This document shows, one piece after another, positions 1 to 15,000 of a stretch of DNA of 64,000 nucleotides. The notes under the pieces were generated by a model, which worked only from the letters and a program-made list of their open reading frames with translations, was not told the DNA's origin and did not search any database. The translations under genes and the position numbers were made by a program. Within the stretch, counting starts at the first letter, position 1; the number at the start of each line of letters is the position of its first letter. This DNA comes from Mobula hypostoma (taxonomy: Eukaryota), in assembly GCF_963921235.1 (NCBI RefSeq), contig NC_086097.1, positions 182,716,001-182,780,000 of the forward strand, given 5' to 3'.

Positions 1-3000
1 GAGTTACACTGTTGGATGGACGGTACTGAGGGAGAGTCACACTGTCGGAAGGGTGTAACTGAGAGAGAGTCACACTGTTCGAGTGGTGTACTGAGGGACA
101 GTCACACTTTTGGAGGGGTAGTACTGAGGGAGAGTCACACTGTTGGATGGGCGGTACTAAGGGAGAGTGACACTGTTGGAGGGGTGTACTGAAGGAGAGT
201 CACACGGTTGGAGGGGTGTACATGAGGGAGAGTCACACTGTTGGAGTGGTGTGCTGAGGGAGTGTCACAGTGTTGGATGGGCGGTACTGAGGGAGAGTCA
301 CACTGTGGGAGTGGTGTACTGAGGTAGAGTCACACTGATGGAGGGACGGTACTGAGGGAGTGTCACACTGTTGGAGTGGTGTACTGAGGGGGTGTCACAG
401 TGTTGGAGTGGTGGTACTGAGGGAGAGTCACATTGTTGGGGTGGTACTGAGGGAGAGTCACACTGTTGGAGTGGTGGTACTGAGGGAGAGTCACACTGTT
501 GGATGGGCGGTACTAAGGGAGAGTCACACTGTTGGAGGGGTGTACTGAAGGAGAGTCACACGGTTGGAGGGGTTTACATGAGGGAGAGTCACACTGTTGG
601 GGTGTGGTACTGAGGGAGTGACACACTTGAAGCGGTGTAACTGAGCGAGAGTCACACTGTTAGAGGGGTGTACAGAGGGAGAGTCACACTGTTGGAGTGG
701 TGGTACTGAGGGAGTGACACACTGTTGGATGGGCGGTACTAAGGGAGAGTCACACTGTAGTAGGGGTGGTCTGAAGGAGAGTCACACGGTTGGAGGGGTG
801 TACATGAGAGAGTCATACTGTTGGAGTGGTGTGCTGAGGGAGAGTCACAGTGTTTGATGGGCGGTACTGAGGGAGAGTCACACTGTGGGAGTAGTGTATA
901 GAGGGAGAGTCACACTGTTGGAGTGGTGGTACTGAGGAAGAGTCACGCTATTGGAGTGGTGGTACTGAGGGAGTGTCACACTGTTGGAGTGGTGTACTGA
1001 GGGAGTGTCACAGTGTTGGAGTGGTGGTACTGAGGGAGAGTCACACTGTTGGATGGGCGGTACTAAGGGAGAGTCACACTGTTGGAGGGGTGTACTGAAG
1101 GAGAGTCACACGGTTGGAGGGGTTTACATGAGGGAGAGTCACACTGTTGGAGTGTGGTACTGAGGGAGTGACACACTTGAAGCGGTGTAACTGAGCGAGA
1201 GTCACACTGTTAGAGGGGGACTGAGGGAGAGTCACACTGTTGGCATGTGTAACTGAGGGAGAGTCACACTGTTGGAGGGGTGGTACTGAGGGAGAGTCAC
1301 ACTGTTGCAGGGACGGTACAGAGGGAGTGTCACACTGTTGGAGTGGTGGTACTGAGGGAGTGACACACTGTTGGATGGGCGGTACTAAGGGAGAGTCACA
1401 CTGTTGTAGGGGTGGTCTGAAGGAGAGTCACACGGTTGGAGGCGTGTACATGAGAGAGAGTCACACTGTTGGAGTGGTGTGCTGAGGGAGAGTCACAGTG
1501 TTTGATGGGCGGTACTGAGGGAGAGTCACACTGTGGGAGTAGTGTATAGAGGGAGAGTCACACTGTTGGAGTGGTGGTACTGAGGAAGAGTCACGCTATT
1601 GGAGTGGTGGTACTGAGGGAGTGTCAAACTGTTGGAGTGGTGGTACTGAGGGAGAGTCACACTGTCGGAGGGGCAGTACTGAGGAAGTGTCACAGTGTTG
1701 GAGTGGTGGTACTGAGAGAGAGTCACACTGTTGGAGGGGCAGTACTGAGGGAGAGTCACAGTGTTGGAGTGGTGGTACTGAGGGAGAGTCACGCTGTTGG
1801 ATGGGCGGTACTAAGGGAGAGTTACACTGTTGGAGGGGTTTACATGAGGGAGAGTCACACTGTTGGAGCGGTGGTACTGAGGGAGTGACACACTTGAAGC
1901 GGTGCAACTGAGCGAGAGTCACACTGTTAGAGGGGGACTGAGGGAGAGTCACACTGTTGGAGTGGTGGTACTGAGGGAGTGACACACTTGAAGCGGTGTA
2001 ACTGAGCGAGAGTCACACTGTCGGAGTGCTGTGCTGAGGGAAAGTCACACTGTCGGAGTGCTGTACTGAGGGAGAGTCACGCTGTCTGAGTGGTGTACTG
2101 AGGGAGAGTCACACTGTTGGCATGTGTAACAGAAGGAGAGTTACACGGTTGGAGGGGGACTGAGGGAGGGTCACACTGTTGGAGGGACGGGACTGAGGGA
2201 GTGTCACACTGTTGGCATGTGTAACTGAGGGAGAGTCACACTGTTGGAGGGGGACTGAGGGAGGGTCACACTGTTGGAGGGATGGGACTGAATGAGAGTC
2301 ACACTGTTGGAAGAGTGTAACTGAGGGAGAGTCACACTGTTGGAGTGGTGGTACTGAGGGAGAGTCACATTGTTGAAGGGGCGGTACTGAGCGAGTGTCA
2401 CAGTGTCGGAGGGTGTACTGAGGGAGAGTCACACTGTCGGAGTGGAGTACTGAGGGAGAGTCACACTGTTGGCGTGTGTAACTGAGGGAGAGTCACACTG
2501 TTGGAGGGGTGGTACTGAGCGAGAGGCACACTGTTGGAGGGGGACTGAGGGAGGGTCACATTGTTGGAGGGTTGGGACTGAGGGAGAGTCACACTGTTGG
2601 AGCGACGGTACTGAGGGAGAGTCACACTGTTGTAAGGGTGTAACTGAGGGAGAGTCACACTGTTGGAGTAGTTGTACTGAGGGAGAGTCACACTGTTGGA
2701 GGGTGTACTGAGGGAGAGTCACACTGTTGGAGGGACGGTACTGAGGGAGAGTCACACTGTCAGAGTGGTGTACTGAGGGTGAGTCACACTGTTGGCGTGT
2801 GTAACTGAGGGAGAGTCACACTGTTGGCGGCGGATTGAGGGAGGGTGACAATTTTGGAGGTGTGGGACTGAGGGAGAGTCACACTGTTGGAGGGACTGTA
2901 CTGAGGGAGTGTCACACTGTTGGAGGGATGGTACTGAGGGAGTGTCACACTGTTGTAGTGGTGTACTGAGGAAGAGTCATACTGTTGGAGTGATGGTAAT

Positions 3001-6000
3001 GAGAGAGTCACACTGTTGGAGGGGGACTGAGGGAGAGTCACACTGTTGGCATGTGTAACTGAGGGAGAGTCACACTGTTGGAGGGGTGTTACTGAGGGAG
3101 AGTCACACTGTTGCAGGGACGGTACAGAGGGAGTGTCACACTGTTGGAGTGGTGGTACTGAGGGAGTGACACACTGTTGGATGGGCGGTACTAAGGGAGA
3201 GTCACACTGTTGTAGGGGTGGTCTGAAGGAGAGTCACACGGTTGGAGGCGTGTACATGAGAGAGAGTCACACTGTTGGAGTGGTGTGCTGAGGGAGAGTC
3301 ACAGTGTTTGATGGGCGGTACTGAGGGAGAGTCACACTGTGGGAGTAGTGTATAGAGGGAGAGTCACACTGTTGGAGTGGTGGTACTGAGGAAGAGTCAC
3401 GCTATTGGAGTGGTGGTACTGAGGGAGTGTCAAACTGTTGGAGTGGTGGTACTGAGGGAGAGTCACACTGTCGGAGGGGCAGTACTGAGGAAGTGTCACA
3501 GTGTTGGAGTGGTGGTACTGAGAGAGAGTCACACTGTTGGAGGGGCAGTACTGAGGGAGAGTCACAGTGTTGGAGTGGTGGTACTGAGGGAGAGTCACGC
3601 TGTTGGATGGGCGGTACTAAGGGAGAGTTACACTGTTGGAGGGGTTTACATGAGGGAGAGTCACACTGTTGGAGCGGTGGTACTGAGGGAGTGACACACT
3701 TGAAGCGGTGCAACTGAGCGAGAGTCACACTGTTAGAGGGGGACTGAGGGAGAGTCACACTGTTGGAGTGGTGGTACTGAGGGAGTGACACACTTGAAGC
3801 GGTGTAACTGAGCGAGAGTCACACTGTCGGAGTGCTGTGCTGAGGGAAAGTCACACTGTCGGAGTGCTGTACTGAGGGAGAGTCACGCTGTCTGAGTGGT
3901 GTACTGAGGGAGAGTCACACTGTTGGCATGTGTAACAGAGGGAGAGTTACACGGTTGGAGGGGGACTGAGGGAGGGTCACACTGTTGGAGGGACGGGACT
4001 GAGGGAGTGTCACACTGTTGGCATGTGTAACTGAGGGAGAGTCACACTGTTGGAGGGGGACTGAGGGAGGGTCACACTGTTGGAGGGATGGGACTGAATG
4101 AGAGTCACACTGTTGGAAGAGTGTAACTGAGGGAGAGTCACACTGTTGGAGTGGTGGTACTGAGGGAGAGTCACATTGTTGAAGGGGCGGTACTGAGCGA
4201 GTGTCACAGTGTCGGAGGGTGTACTGAGGGAGAGTCACACTGTCGGAGTGGAGTACTGAGGGAGAGTCACACTGTTGGCGTGTGTAACTGAGGGAGAGTC
4301 ACACTGTTGGAGGGGTGGTACTGAGCGAGAGGCACACTGTTGGAGGGGGACTGAGGGAGGGTCACATTGTTGGAGGGTTGGGACTGAGGGAGAGTCACAC
4401 TGTTGGAGCGACGGTACTGAGGGAGAGTCACACTGTTGTAAGGGTGTAACTGAGGGAGAGTCACACTGTTGGAGTAGTTGTACTGAGGGAGAGTCACACT
4501 GTTGGAGGGTGTACTGAGGGAGAGTCACACTGTTGGAGGGACGGTACTGAGGGAGAGTCACACTGTCAGAGTGGTGTACTGAGGGTGAGTCACACTGTTG
4601 GCGTGTGTAACTGAGGGAGAGTCACACTGTTGGCGGCGGATTGAGGGAGGGTGACAATTTTGGAGGGGTGGGACTGAGGGAGAGTCACACTGTTGGAGGG
4701 ACTGTACTGAGGGAGTGTCACACTGTTGGAGGGATGGTACTGAGGGAGTGTCACACTGTTGTAGTGGTGTACTGAGGAAGAGTCATACTGTTGGAGTGAT
4801 GGTAATGAGAGAGTCACACTGTTGGAGGGGGACTGAGGGAGAGTCACACTGTTGGAGTGTGTAACTGAGGGAGAGTTACACTGTTGGCGGGGGAATGAGG
4901 GAAAGTCACGCTGTCTGAGTGGTGTACTGAGGGAGGGTCACACTGTTGGAGGGACGGGACTGAGGGATTGTCACACTGTTGGCATGTGTAACTGAGGGAG
5001 AGTCACACTGTTGGAGCGGGACTGAGGATGAGTCACACTGTTGGTGTGTGTAACTGAGGGAGAGTTACACTGTTGGAGGGGCACTGAGGGAGGGTGACAC
5101 TGTTGGAGTGACGGGACTGAATGAGAGTCATACTGTTGGAAGAGTGTAACTGAAGGAGAGTCACACTGTTGGAGTGGTGGTACTGAGGGAGAGTCACATT
5201 GTTGGAGGGGCAGTACTGAGCGAGTGTTACAGTGTCGGAGGGTGTACTGAGGGAGAGTCACAGTGTCGGAGTGGCGGTACTGAGGGAGAGTCATACTTTT
5301 GGGGTGGTACTGAAGGACTGACACACTATTGAAGTGGTGTAACTGAGGGAGAGTCATACTGTTAGAGGGGTGTACAAGTGAGAGTCACACTGTTGGAGTG
5401 GTGTACTGAAGGAGAGTCACACTGTTGGCGTGTGTAACTGAGGGAGAGTCACACTTTTGGAGGGTTGTACTGAGAGAGAGTTACACTGTTGGAATGTGTA
5501 ACTGAGGGAGAGTCACACTGTTGGAGGGATGGTACTGAGGGAGTGTCACACTGTTGGTATGTGTAACTGAGAGACAGTCACACTGTTGGAAATGGACTGA
5601 GGGAGGGTCACACTGTTGGAGGGACGTGACTGAGGGAGAGTCACACTGTTGGAAGGGTGTAACTGATGGAGGGTCACACTGTCGGAGGAGTGGTACTGAG
5701 GGAGAGTCACAGTGTTGGCATGTGCAACTGTGGGAGAGTCACACTTTTGGCGTGTGTAACTGAGGGAGCGTCAGACTGTTGGAGGGGTGGTACTGAGGGA
5801 GAGTCACACTGTTGGTGGGGTGGTACTGAGGGAGAGTCATACTGTTGGAGGGGTGGTACTGAGGGAGAGTCACACTGTTGTAGGGGGACTGAGTGAGGGT
5901 CACATTGTTGGTGGGGTGGGACTGAGGGAGAATCACACTGTTGGAGGGACGGTACTGAGGGAGAGTCACACTGTTGAAGGGTGTACTGAGGGAGAGTCAC

Positions 6001-9000
6001 ACTGTTGGAGTGGCAGTACTGAGGGAGAGTCACACTGTCGGAGGAGTGGTACTGAGGGAGAGTAACAGTGTTGGCATGTGTAACTGAGGGAGAGTCACAC
6101 TGTTGGAGGATGGAACTGAGAGAGAGTCACACTGTTGGAGGAACGGGACTGAGGGAGAGTCACACTTTTGGAGTGGTGGTACTGAGGGAGAGTTATACTG
6201 TTGGAGGGGCGGTACTGAGGGAGTGTCACACCGTCGGAGGGTGTACTGAGAGAGAGTCACACTGTCGGACTGGTGTACTGAGGGAGAGTCACACTGTTGG
6301 CGTGTGTAACTGAGGGAGAGTCACGCTGCTGGAGGGGGACTGAGGGAGAGTCACACTGTTGGAGAGGCGGTACTGAGGGAGTGTCACACTGTCAGAGGGT
6401 GTACTGAGGGAGAGTCACACTGTTAGAGTGGTGGTACTGAGGGAGAGTCACACTGTTAGAGGGGTGTATGAGGGAGAGTCACACAGTTGGAGTGGTGTAC
6501 TGAAGGAGAGTCACACTGTTGTAGGGGGACTGAGTGAGAGTCACACTGTTGGAGGGGTGTAACTGAGGGAGAGTCACACTGTTGGAGGGATGGTACTGAG
6601 GGAGAGTCACACTGTTGGAGGGGGACTGAGGGAGGGTCACATTGTTGGAGGGGAGGGACTGAGGGAGAGTCACACTGTTGGAGGGACGGTACTGTGGGAG
6701 AGTCACACTGCTGGAAGGGTGTAACTGAGGGAGAGTCACACTGTTGGAGTGGTGGTACTGAGGGAGAGCCACACTGTTGGAGTGGCGATACTGAGGGAGA
6801 GTCACACCGTTGGAGGGGCGGTACTGAGAGAGTGTCACTGTTGGTGGGGTGTAACTGAGGGAGAGTAACACTGTTGGGGCGGTACTGAGGGAGAGTCACA
6901 CCGTTGGACTGACGGTACTGAGGGAGAGTCACACTGTTGGAAGGGTGTAACTGATGGAGAGTCACACTGTCGGAGGAGTGGTACTGAGGGAGAGTCACAG
7001 TGTTGGCATGTGCAACTGTGGGAGAGTCACCATTTTGGAGTGGTGTACTGAGGGAGAGTCACACTGTTGGTGGGGTGGTACTGAGGGAGAGTCATACTGT
7101 TGGGGGGTGGTACTGAGGGAGAGTCACACTGTTGTAGGGGGACTGAGTGAGGGTCACATTATTGGTGGGGTGGGACTGAGGGAGAATCACACTGTTGGAG
7201 GGACGGTACTGAGGGAGAGTCACACTGTTGGAAGGGTGTAACTGAGGGAGAGTCACACTGTTGGAGTGGTGGTACTGAGGGACAGTCACACTGTTGAAGG
7301 GTGTACTGAGGGAGAGTCGCACTGTTGGAGTGGCAGTACTGAGGGAGAGTCACACTGTTGGAGTGGTGGTACTGAGGGAGTGTCACTGTTGGAGGGGTGT
7401 AACTGAGGGAGAGTCACATTGTTTGAGGGACGGTACTGAGGGAGACTCACACTGTTGGAGGGGTGTAACTGAGAGAGAGTCACACTGTTGGATGGGTGGT
7501 ACTGAGGGTGATTCACACTGTTGGAGGGTGTACTGAGGGAGAGTCACACTGTTGGAGTGGCAGTACTGAGGGAGAGTCACACTGCTGGGGCGGTACTGAG
7601 AGAGTGCCACACTGTTGGAGTGATGGTACTGAGAGAGTCACACAGTTGGAGCGGTGGTACTGAGGGAGTGACACACTGTTGAAGCAGTGTAACAGAGGGA
7701 GAGTCATACTGTTGGAGGGGGATTGAGGGAAAGTCACATTCTTGGTGTGTGTAACTGTGGGCGAGTCACACTGTCGGAGTGGTGTACTGAGGGAGAGTCA
7801 TATTGTCAGAATGGTGTACTGAGGGAGAGTCACACTGTCGGACTGGTGTAATGAGGAATAGTCACACTGTTGGCATGTGTAACTGAGGGAGAGTCACACT
7901 GTTGGAGGATGGAACTGAGGGAGAGTCACACTGTTGGAGGAACGGGACTGAGGGAGAGTCACACTGTTGGAAGGGTGTAACTGAGAGAGAGTCACACTGT
8001 TGGAAGGGTGTAACTGAGAGAGTGTCACACTGTCGGAGTGGTGTACTGAGGGAGAGTCACACTGTTGGCGTGTGTAACTCAGGGAGAGTCACGCTGCTGG
8101 AGGGGGACTGAGGGAGAGTCACACTGTTGGAGAGGCGGTACTGAGGGAGTGTCACACTGTCAGAGGGTGTTCTGAGGGAGAGTCACACTGTTAGAGTTGT
8201 GGTACTGAGGGAGAGTCACACTGTTAGAGGGGTGTATGAGGGAGAGTCACACAGTTGGAGTGGTGTACTGAGTGAGAGTCACACTGTTGGCGTGTGTAAC
8301 TGAGGGAGAGTCACACTGTTGGAGGGGAACTGAGGGAGATTCACACTGTTGGAGAGGCGGTACTGAGGGAGTGTCACACTGTCAGAGGGTGTACTGAGGG
8401 AGAGTCACACTGTTGGAGTGGTGGTACTGAGGGAGAATCACACTGTTGGAGTGGTGTAACTTTGGGAGAGTCACACTGTTAGAGGGGTGTATGAGGGAGA
8501 GTCACACTGTGGGAGTGGTGGTACTGAGGGAGAGTCACACTGTTGTAGGGGGACTGAGTGAGAGTCACACTGTTGGAGGGGTGTAACTGAGTGAGAGTCA
8601 CACTGTTGGAGGGATGGTACTGAGGGACAGTCACACTGTTGGAGGGGGACTGAGGGAGGGTCACATTGTTGGAGGGGAGGGACTGAGGGAGAGTCACACT
8701 GTTGGAGGGACGGTACTGTGGGAGAGTCACACTGCTGGAAGGGTGTAACTGAGGGAGAGTCACACTGTTGGAGTGGTGGTACTGAGGGAGAGCCACACTG
8801 TTGGAGTGGCGATACTGAGGGAGAGTCACACCGTTGGAGGGGCGGTACTGAGAGAGTGTCAGTGTTGGAGGGGTGTAACTGAGGGAGAGTAACACTGTTG
8901 GGGCGGTACTGAGGGAGAGTCACACTGTTGGACTGACGGTACTGAGGGAGAGTCACACTGTTGGAAGGGTGTAACTGAGGGAGAGTCACACTGTGGGAGT

Positions 9001-12000
9001 GGTGGTACTGAGGGAGTTTCACACTGTTGGAGGGGTGGTTCCGAGGGAGTGTCACACTGTTGGAGGGTGTTATGAGGGAGAGTCACACTGTTAGAGGGGC
9101 AGTACTGTGGGAGTATCACTGTTGGAGGGGTGTAACTGAGGGAGAGTCACAATGTTGGGGCGGTACTGAGGGAGAGTCACACTGTTGGAGTGGCGGTACT
9201 GAGGGAGAGTCACACTGTTGGAGGGTGTACTGAGGGAGAGCCACACTGTTGGAGTGGTGGTACTGAGGGAGAGTCACATTGTTGGAGGGGCAGTACTGAG
9301 CGAGTGTTACAGTGTCGGAGGGTGTACTGAGGGAGAGTCACAGTGTCGGAGTGGCGGTACTGAGGGAGAGTCATACTTTTGGGGCGGTACTGAAGGACTG
9401 ACACACTATTGAAGTGGTGTAACTGAGGGAGAGTCATACCGTTAGAGGGGTGTACAAGTGAGAGTCACACTGTTGGAGTGGTGTACTGAAGGAGAGTCAC
9501 ACTGTTGGTGTGTTTAACTGAGGGAGAGTCACACTTTTGGAGGGTTGTACTGAGAGAGAGTCACACTGTTGGAATGTGTAATTGAGGGAGAGTCACACTG
9601 TTGGAGGGTGGTACTGAGGGAGTGTCACACTGTTGGTATGTGTAACTGAGAGACAGTCACACTGTTGGAGGTGGACTGAGGGAGGGTCACACTGTTGGAG
9701 GGACGTGACTGAGGGAGAGTCACACTGTTGGAAGGGTGTAACTGATGGAGAGTCACACTGTCAGAGGAGTGGTACTGAGGGAGAGTCACAGTGTTGGAGT
9801 GGTGTATTGATGGAGAGTCACACCGTTGGAGGGGCGGTACTGAGAGAGTGTCACTGTTGGAGGGGTGTAACTGAAGGAGAGTAACACTGTTGGGGCGGTA
9901 CTGAGGGAGAGTCATACTGTTGGACTGACGGTACTGAGGGAGAGTCACACTGTTGGAAGGGTGTAACTGAGGGAGAGTCACACTGTGGGAGTGGTGGTAC
10001 TGAGGGAGCTTCACACTGTTGGAGGGGTGGTTCTGAGGGAGTGTCACACTGTTGGAGGGTGTACTGAGGGAGAGTCACACTGTTAGAGGGTCAGTACTGT
10101 GGGAGTGTCACTGTTGGAGGGGTGTAACTGAGGGAGAGTCACAATGTTGGGGCGGTACTGAGGGAGAGCCACACTGTTGGAGTGGTGGTACTGAGGGAGA
10201 GTCACATTGTTGGAGGGGCAGTACTGAGCGAGTGTTACAGTGTCGGAGAGTGTACTGAGGGAGAGTCACAGTGTCGGAGTGGCGGTACTGAGGGAGAGTC
10301 ATACTTTTGGGGCGGTACTGAAGGACTGACACACTATTGAAGTGGTGTAACTGAGGGAGAGTCATACTGTTAGAGGGGTGTACAAGTGAGAGTCACACTG
10401 TTGGAGTGGTGTACTGAAGGAGAGTCACACTGTTGGAATGTGTAACTGAGGGAGAGTCACACTGTTGGAGGGTGGTACTGAGGGAGTGTCACACTGTTGG
10501 TATGTGTAATTGAGAGACAGTCACACTGTTGGAGGTGGACTGAGGGAGGGTCACACTGTTGGAGGGACGTGACTGAGGGAGAGTCACACTGTTGGAAGGG
10601 TGTAACTGATGGAGAGTCACACTGTCGGAGGAGTGGTACTGAGGGAGAGTCACAGTGTTGGCAAGTGCAACTGTGGGAGAGTCACACTTTTGGAGTGGTG
10701 TACTGAGGGAGAGTCACACTGTTGGCGTGTGTAACTGAGGGAGCGTCACACTGTTGGAGGGGTGGTACTGAGGGAGAGTCACACTGTTGGAGGGGTGGTA
10801 CTGAGGGAGAGTCATACTGTTGGAGGGGTGGTACTGAGGGAGATTCACACTGTTGTAGGGGGACTGAGCGAGGGTCACATTGTTGGTGGGGTGGGACTGA
10901 GGGAGAATCACACTGTTGGAGGGACGGTACTGAGGGAGAGTCACACTGTTGGAAGGGTGTAACTGAGGGAGAGTCACACTGTTGGAGTGGTGGTACTGAG
11001 GGACAGTCACACTGTTGAAGGGTGTACTGAGGGAGAGTCACACTGTTGGAGTGGCAGTACTGAGAGAGAGTCAGACTGTTGGAGTGGTGGTACTGAGGGA
11101 GTGTCACTGTTGGAGGGGTGTAACTGAGGGAGAGTCACATTGTTTGAGGGACGGTACTGAGGGAGAGTCACACTGTTGGAGGGGTGTAACTGAGAGACAG
11201 TCACACTGTTGGAGGTGGACTGAGGGAGGGTCACACTGTTGGAGGGACGTGACTGAGGGAGAGTCACACTGTTGGAAGGGTGTAACTGATGGAGAGTCAC
11301 ACTGTCGGAGGAGTGGTACTGAGGGAGAGTCACAGTGTTGGCATGTGCAACTGTGGGAGAGTCACACTTTTGGAGTGGTGTACTGAGGGAGAGTCACACT
11401 GTTGGTGGGGTGGTACTGAGGGAGAGTCATACTGTTGGAGGGGTGGTACTGAGGGAGAGTCACACTGTTGTAGGGGGACTGAGTGAGGGTCACATTGTTG
11501 GTGGGGTGGGACTGAGGGAGAATCACACTGTTGGAGGGACGGTACTGAGGGAGAGTCACACTGTTGGAAGTGTGTAACTGAGGGAGAGTCACACTGTTGG
11601 AGTGGTGCTACTGAGGGACAGTCACACTGTTGAAGGGTGTACTGAGGGAGAGTCACACTGTTGGAGTGGCAGTACTGAGGGAGAGTCACACTGTTGGAGT
11701 GGTGGTACTGAGGGAGTGTCACTGTTGGAGGGGTGTAACTGAGGGAGAGTCACATTGTTTGAGGGACGGTACTGAGGGAGACTCACACTGTTGGAGGGGT
11801 GTAACTGAGAGAGAGTCACACTGTTGGATGGGTGGTACTGAGGGTGAGTCACACTGTTGGAGGGTGTACTGAGGGAGAGTCACACTGTTGGAGTGGCAGT
11901 ACTGAGGGAGAGTCACACTGCTGGGGCGGTACTGAGAGAGTGCCACACTGTTGGAGTGATGGTACTGAGAGAGTCACACAGTTGGAGCGGTGGTACTGAG

Positions 12001-15000
12001 GGAGTGACACACTGTTGAAGCAGTGTAACAGAGGGAGAGTCACACTGTTGGAGGGGGATTGAGGGAAAGTCACACTCTTGGCGTGTGTAACTGTGGGCGA
12101 GTCACACTGTCGGAGTGGTGTACTGAGGGAAGGTCATATTGTCAGAATGGTGTACTGAGGGAGAGTCACACTGTCGGACTGGTGTAATGAGGAATAGTCA
12201 CACTGTTGGCATGTGTAACTGAGGGAGAGTCACACTGTTGGAGGATGGAACTGAGGGAGAGTCACACTGTTGGAGGAACGGGACTGAGGGAGAGTCACAC
12301 TGTTGGAAGGGTGTAACTGAGAGAGAGTCACACTGTTGGAGTGGTGGTACTGAGGGAGAGTTACACTGTTGGAGGGGCGGTACTGAGAGAGTGTCACACT
12401 GTTGGAGGGTGTACTGAGGGAGAGTCACACTGTCGGAGTGGTGTACTGAGGGAGATTCACACTGTTGGCGTGTGTAACTGAGGGAGAGTCACGCTGCTGG
12501 AGGGGGACTGAGGGAGAGTCACACTGTTGGAGAGGCGGTACTGAGGGAGTGTCACAATGTCGGAGGGTGTACTGAGGGAGAGTCACACTGTCGGAGTGGT
12601 GTACTGAGGGAGAGTCACACTGTTGGCGTGTGTAACTGAGGGAGAGTCACGCTGCTGGAGGGGGACTGAGGGAGAGTCACACTGTTGGAGAGGCGGTACT
12701 GAGGGAGTGTCACACTGTCAGAGGGTGTACTGAGGGAGAGTCACACTGTTAGAGTGGTGGTACTGAGGGAGAGTCACACTGTTGGAGTGGTGTAACTGGG
12801 AGAGTCACACTGTTAGAGGGGTGTATGAGGGAGAGTCACACAGTTGGAGTGGTGTACTGAGTGAGAGTCACACTGTTGGCGTGTGTAACTGAGGGAGAGT
12901 CACACTGTTGGAGGGGGACTGAGGGAGATTCACACTGTTGGAGGGGTGGTACTGAGGGAGAGTCACACTGTTGTAGGGGGACTGAGTGAGAGTCACACTG
13001 TTGGAGGGGTGTAACTGAGTGAGAGTCACACTGTTGGAGGGATGGTACTGAGGGAGAGTCACACTGTTGGAGTGGCGGTACCTAGGGAGTGTCACACTGT
13101 TGGAGGGGTGTAACTGAGGGAGAGTCACACTGTTGGGGCGGTACTGAGCGAGTGCCACACTGTTGGAGTGATGGTACTGAGAGAGTCACACAGTTGGAGC
13201 GGTGGTACTGAGGGAGTGACACACTGCTGAAGCGGTGTAACAGAGGGAGAGTCACACTGTTGGAGGGGGATTGAGGGAAAGTCACACTCTTGGCGTGTGT
13301 AACTGTGGGCGAGTCACACTGTCGGAGTGGTGTACTGAGGGAAGGTCATATTGTCAGAATGGTGTACTGAGGGAGAGTCACACTGTCGGACTGGTGTAAT
13401 GAGGAATAGTCACACTGTTGGCATGTGTAACTGAGGGAGAGTCACACTGTTGGAGGATGGAACTGAGGGAGAGTCACACTGTTGGAGGAACGGGACTGAG
13501 GGAGAGTCACACTGTTGGAAGGGTGTAACTGAGAGAGAGTCACACTGTTGGAGTGGTGGTACTGAGGGAGAGTTACACTGTTGGAGGGGCGGTACTGAGA
13601 GAGTGTCACACTGTTGGAGGGTGTACTGAGGGAGAGTCACACTGTCGGAGTGGTGTACTGAGGGAGATTCACACTGTTGGCGTGTGTAACTGAGGGAGAG
13701 TCACGCTGCTGGAGGGGGACTGAGGGAGAGTCACACTGTTGGAGAGGCGGTACTGAGGGAGTGTCACAATGTCGGAGGGTGTACTGAGGGAGAGTCACAC
13801 TGTCGGAGTGGTGTACTGAGGGAGAGTCACACTGTTGGCGTGTGTAACTGAGGGAGAGTCACGCTGCTGGAGGGGGCCTGAGGGAGAGTCACACTGTTGG
13901 AGAGGCGGTACTGAGGGAGTGTCACACTGTCAGAGGGTGTACTGAGGGAGAGTCACACTGTTAGAGTGGTGGTACTGAGGGAGAGTCACACTGTTGGAGT
14001 GGTGTAACTGGGAGAGTCACACTGTTAGAGGGGTGTATGAGGGAGAGTCACACAGTTGGAGTGGTGTACTGAGTGAGAGTCACACTGTTGGCGTGTGTAA
14101 CTGAGGGAGAGTCACACTGTTGGAGGGGGATTGAGGGAGATTCACACTGTTGGAGGGGTGGTACTGAGGGAGAGTCACACTGTTGTAGGGGGACTGAGTG
14201 TGAGTCACACTGTTGGAGGGGTGTAACTGAGTGAGAGTCACACTGTTGGAGGGATGGTACTGAGGGAGAGTCACACTGTTGGAGTGGCGGTACCTAGGGA
14301 GTGTCACACTGTTGGAGGGGTGTAACTGAGGGAGAGTCACACTGTTGGGGCGGTACTGAGCGAGTGCCACACTGTTGGAGTGATGGTACTGAGAGAGTCA
14401 CACAGTTGGAGCGGTGGTACTGAGGGAGTGACACACTGCTGAAGCGGTGTAACTGAGGGAGAGTCACACTGTTGGAGGGGGATTGAGGGAAAGTCACACT
14501 GTTGGCGTGTGTAACTGTGTGAGAGTCACACTGTCGGAGTGGTGTACTGAGGGAGAGTCATATTGTCAGAGTGGTGTACTGAGGGAGAGTCACACTGTTG
14601 GCATGTGTAACTGAGGGAGAGTCACACTGTTGGAGGATGGTACTGAGGGAGAGTCACACTGTTGGAGGGGACTGAAGGATAGTCACACTGTCAGAGTGGT
14701 GCACTGAGGGTGAGTCACACTGTTGGCGTGTGTAACTGAGGGACAGTCACACTGTTGGAGGATGGTACTGAGGGAGAGTCACACTGTTGGAGGGGACGGA
14801 GAGATAGTCACACTGTCAGAGTGGTCCACTGAGGGAGAGTAACGCTGCTGGAGGGGGACTGAGGGAGAGTCACACTGTTGGAGGAACGGGACTGAGGGAG
14901 AGTCACACTGTTGGAAGGGTGTAACTGAGAGAGAGTCACACTGTCGGAGTGGTGTACTGAGGGAGTGCCAGACTGTTGGCATGTGTAACTGAGGGAGAGT

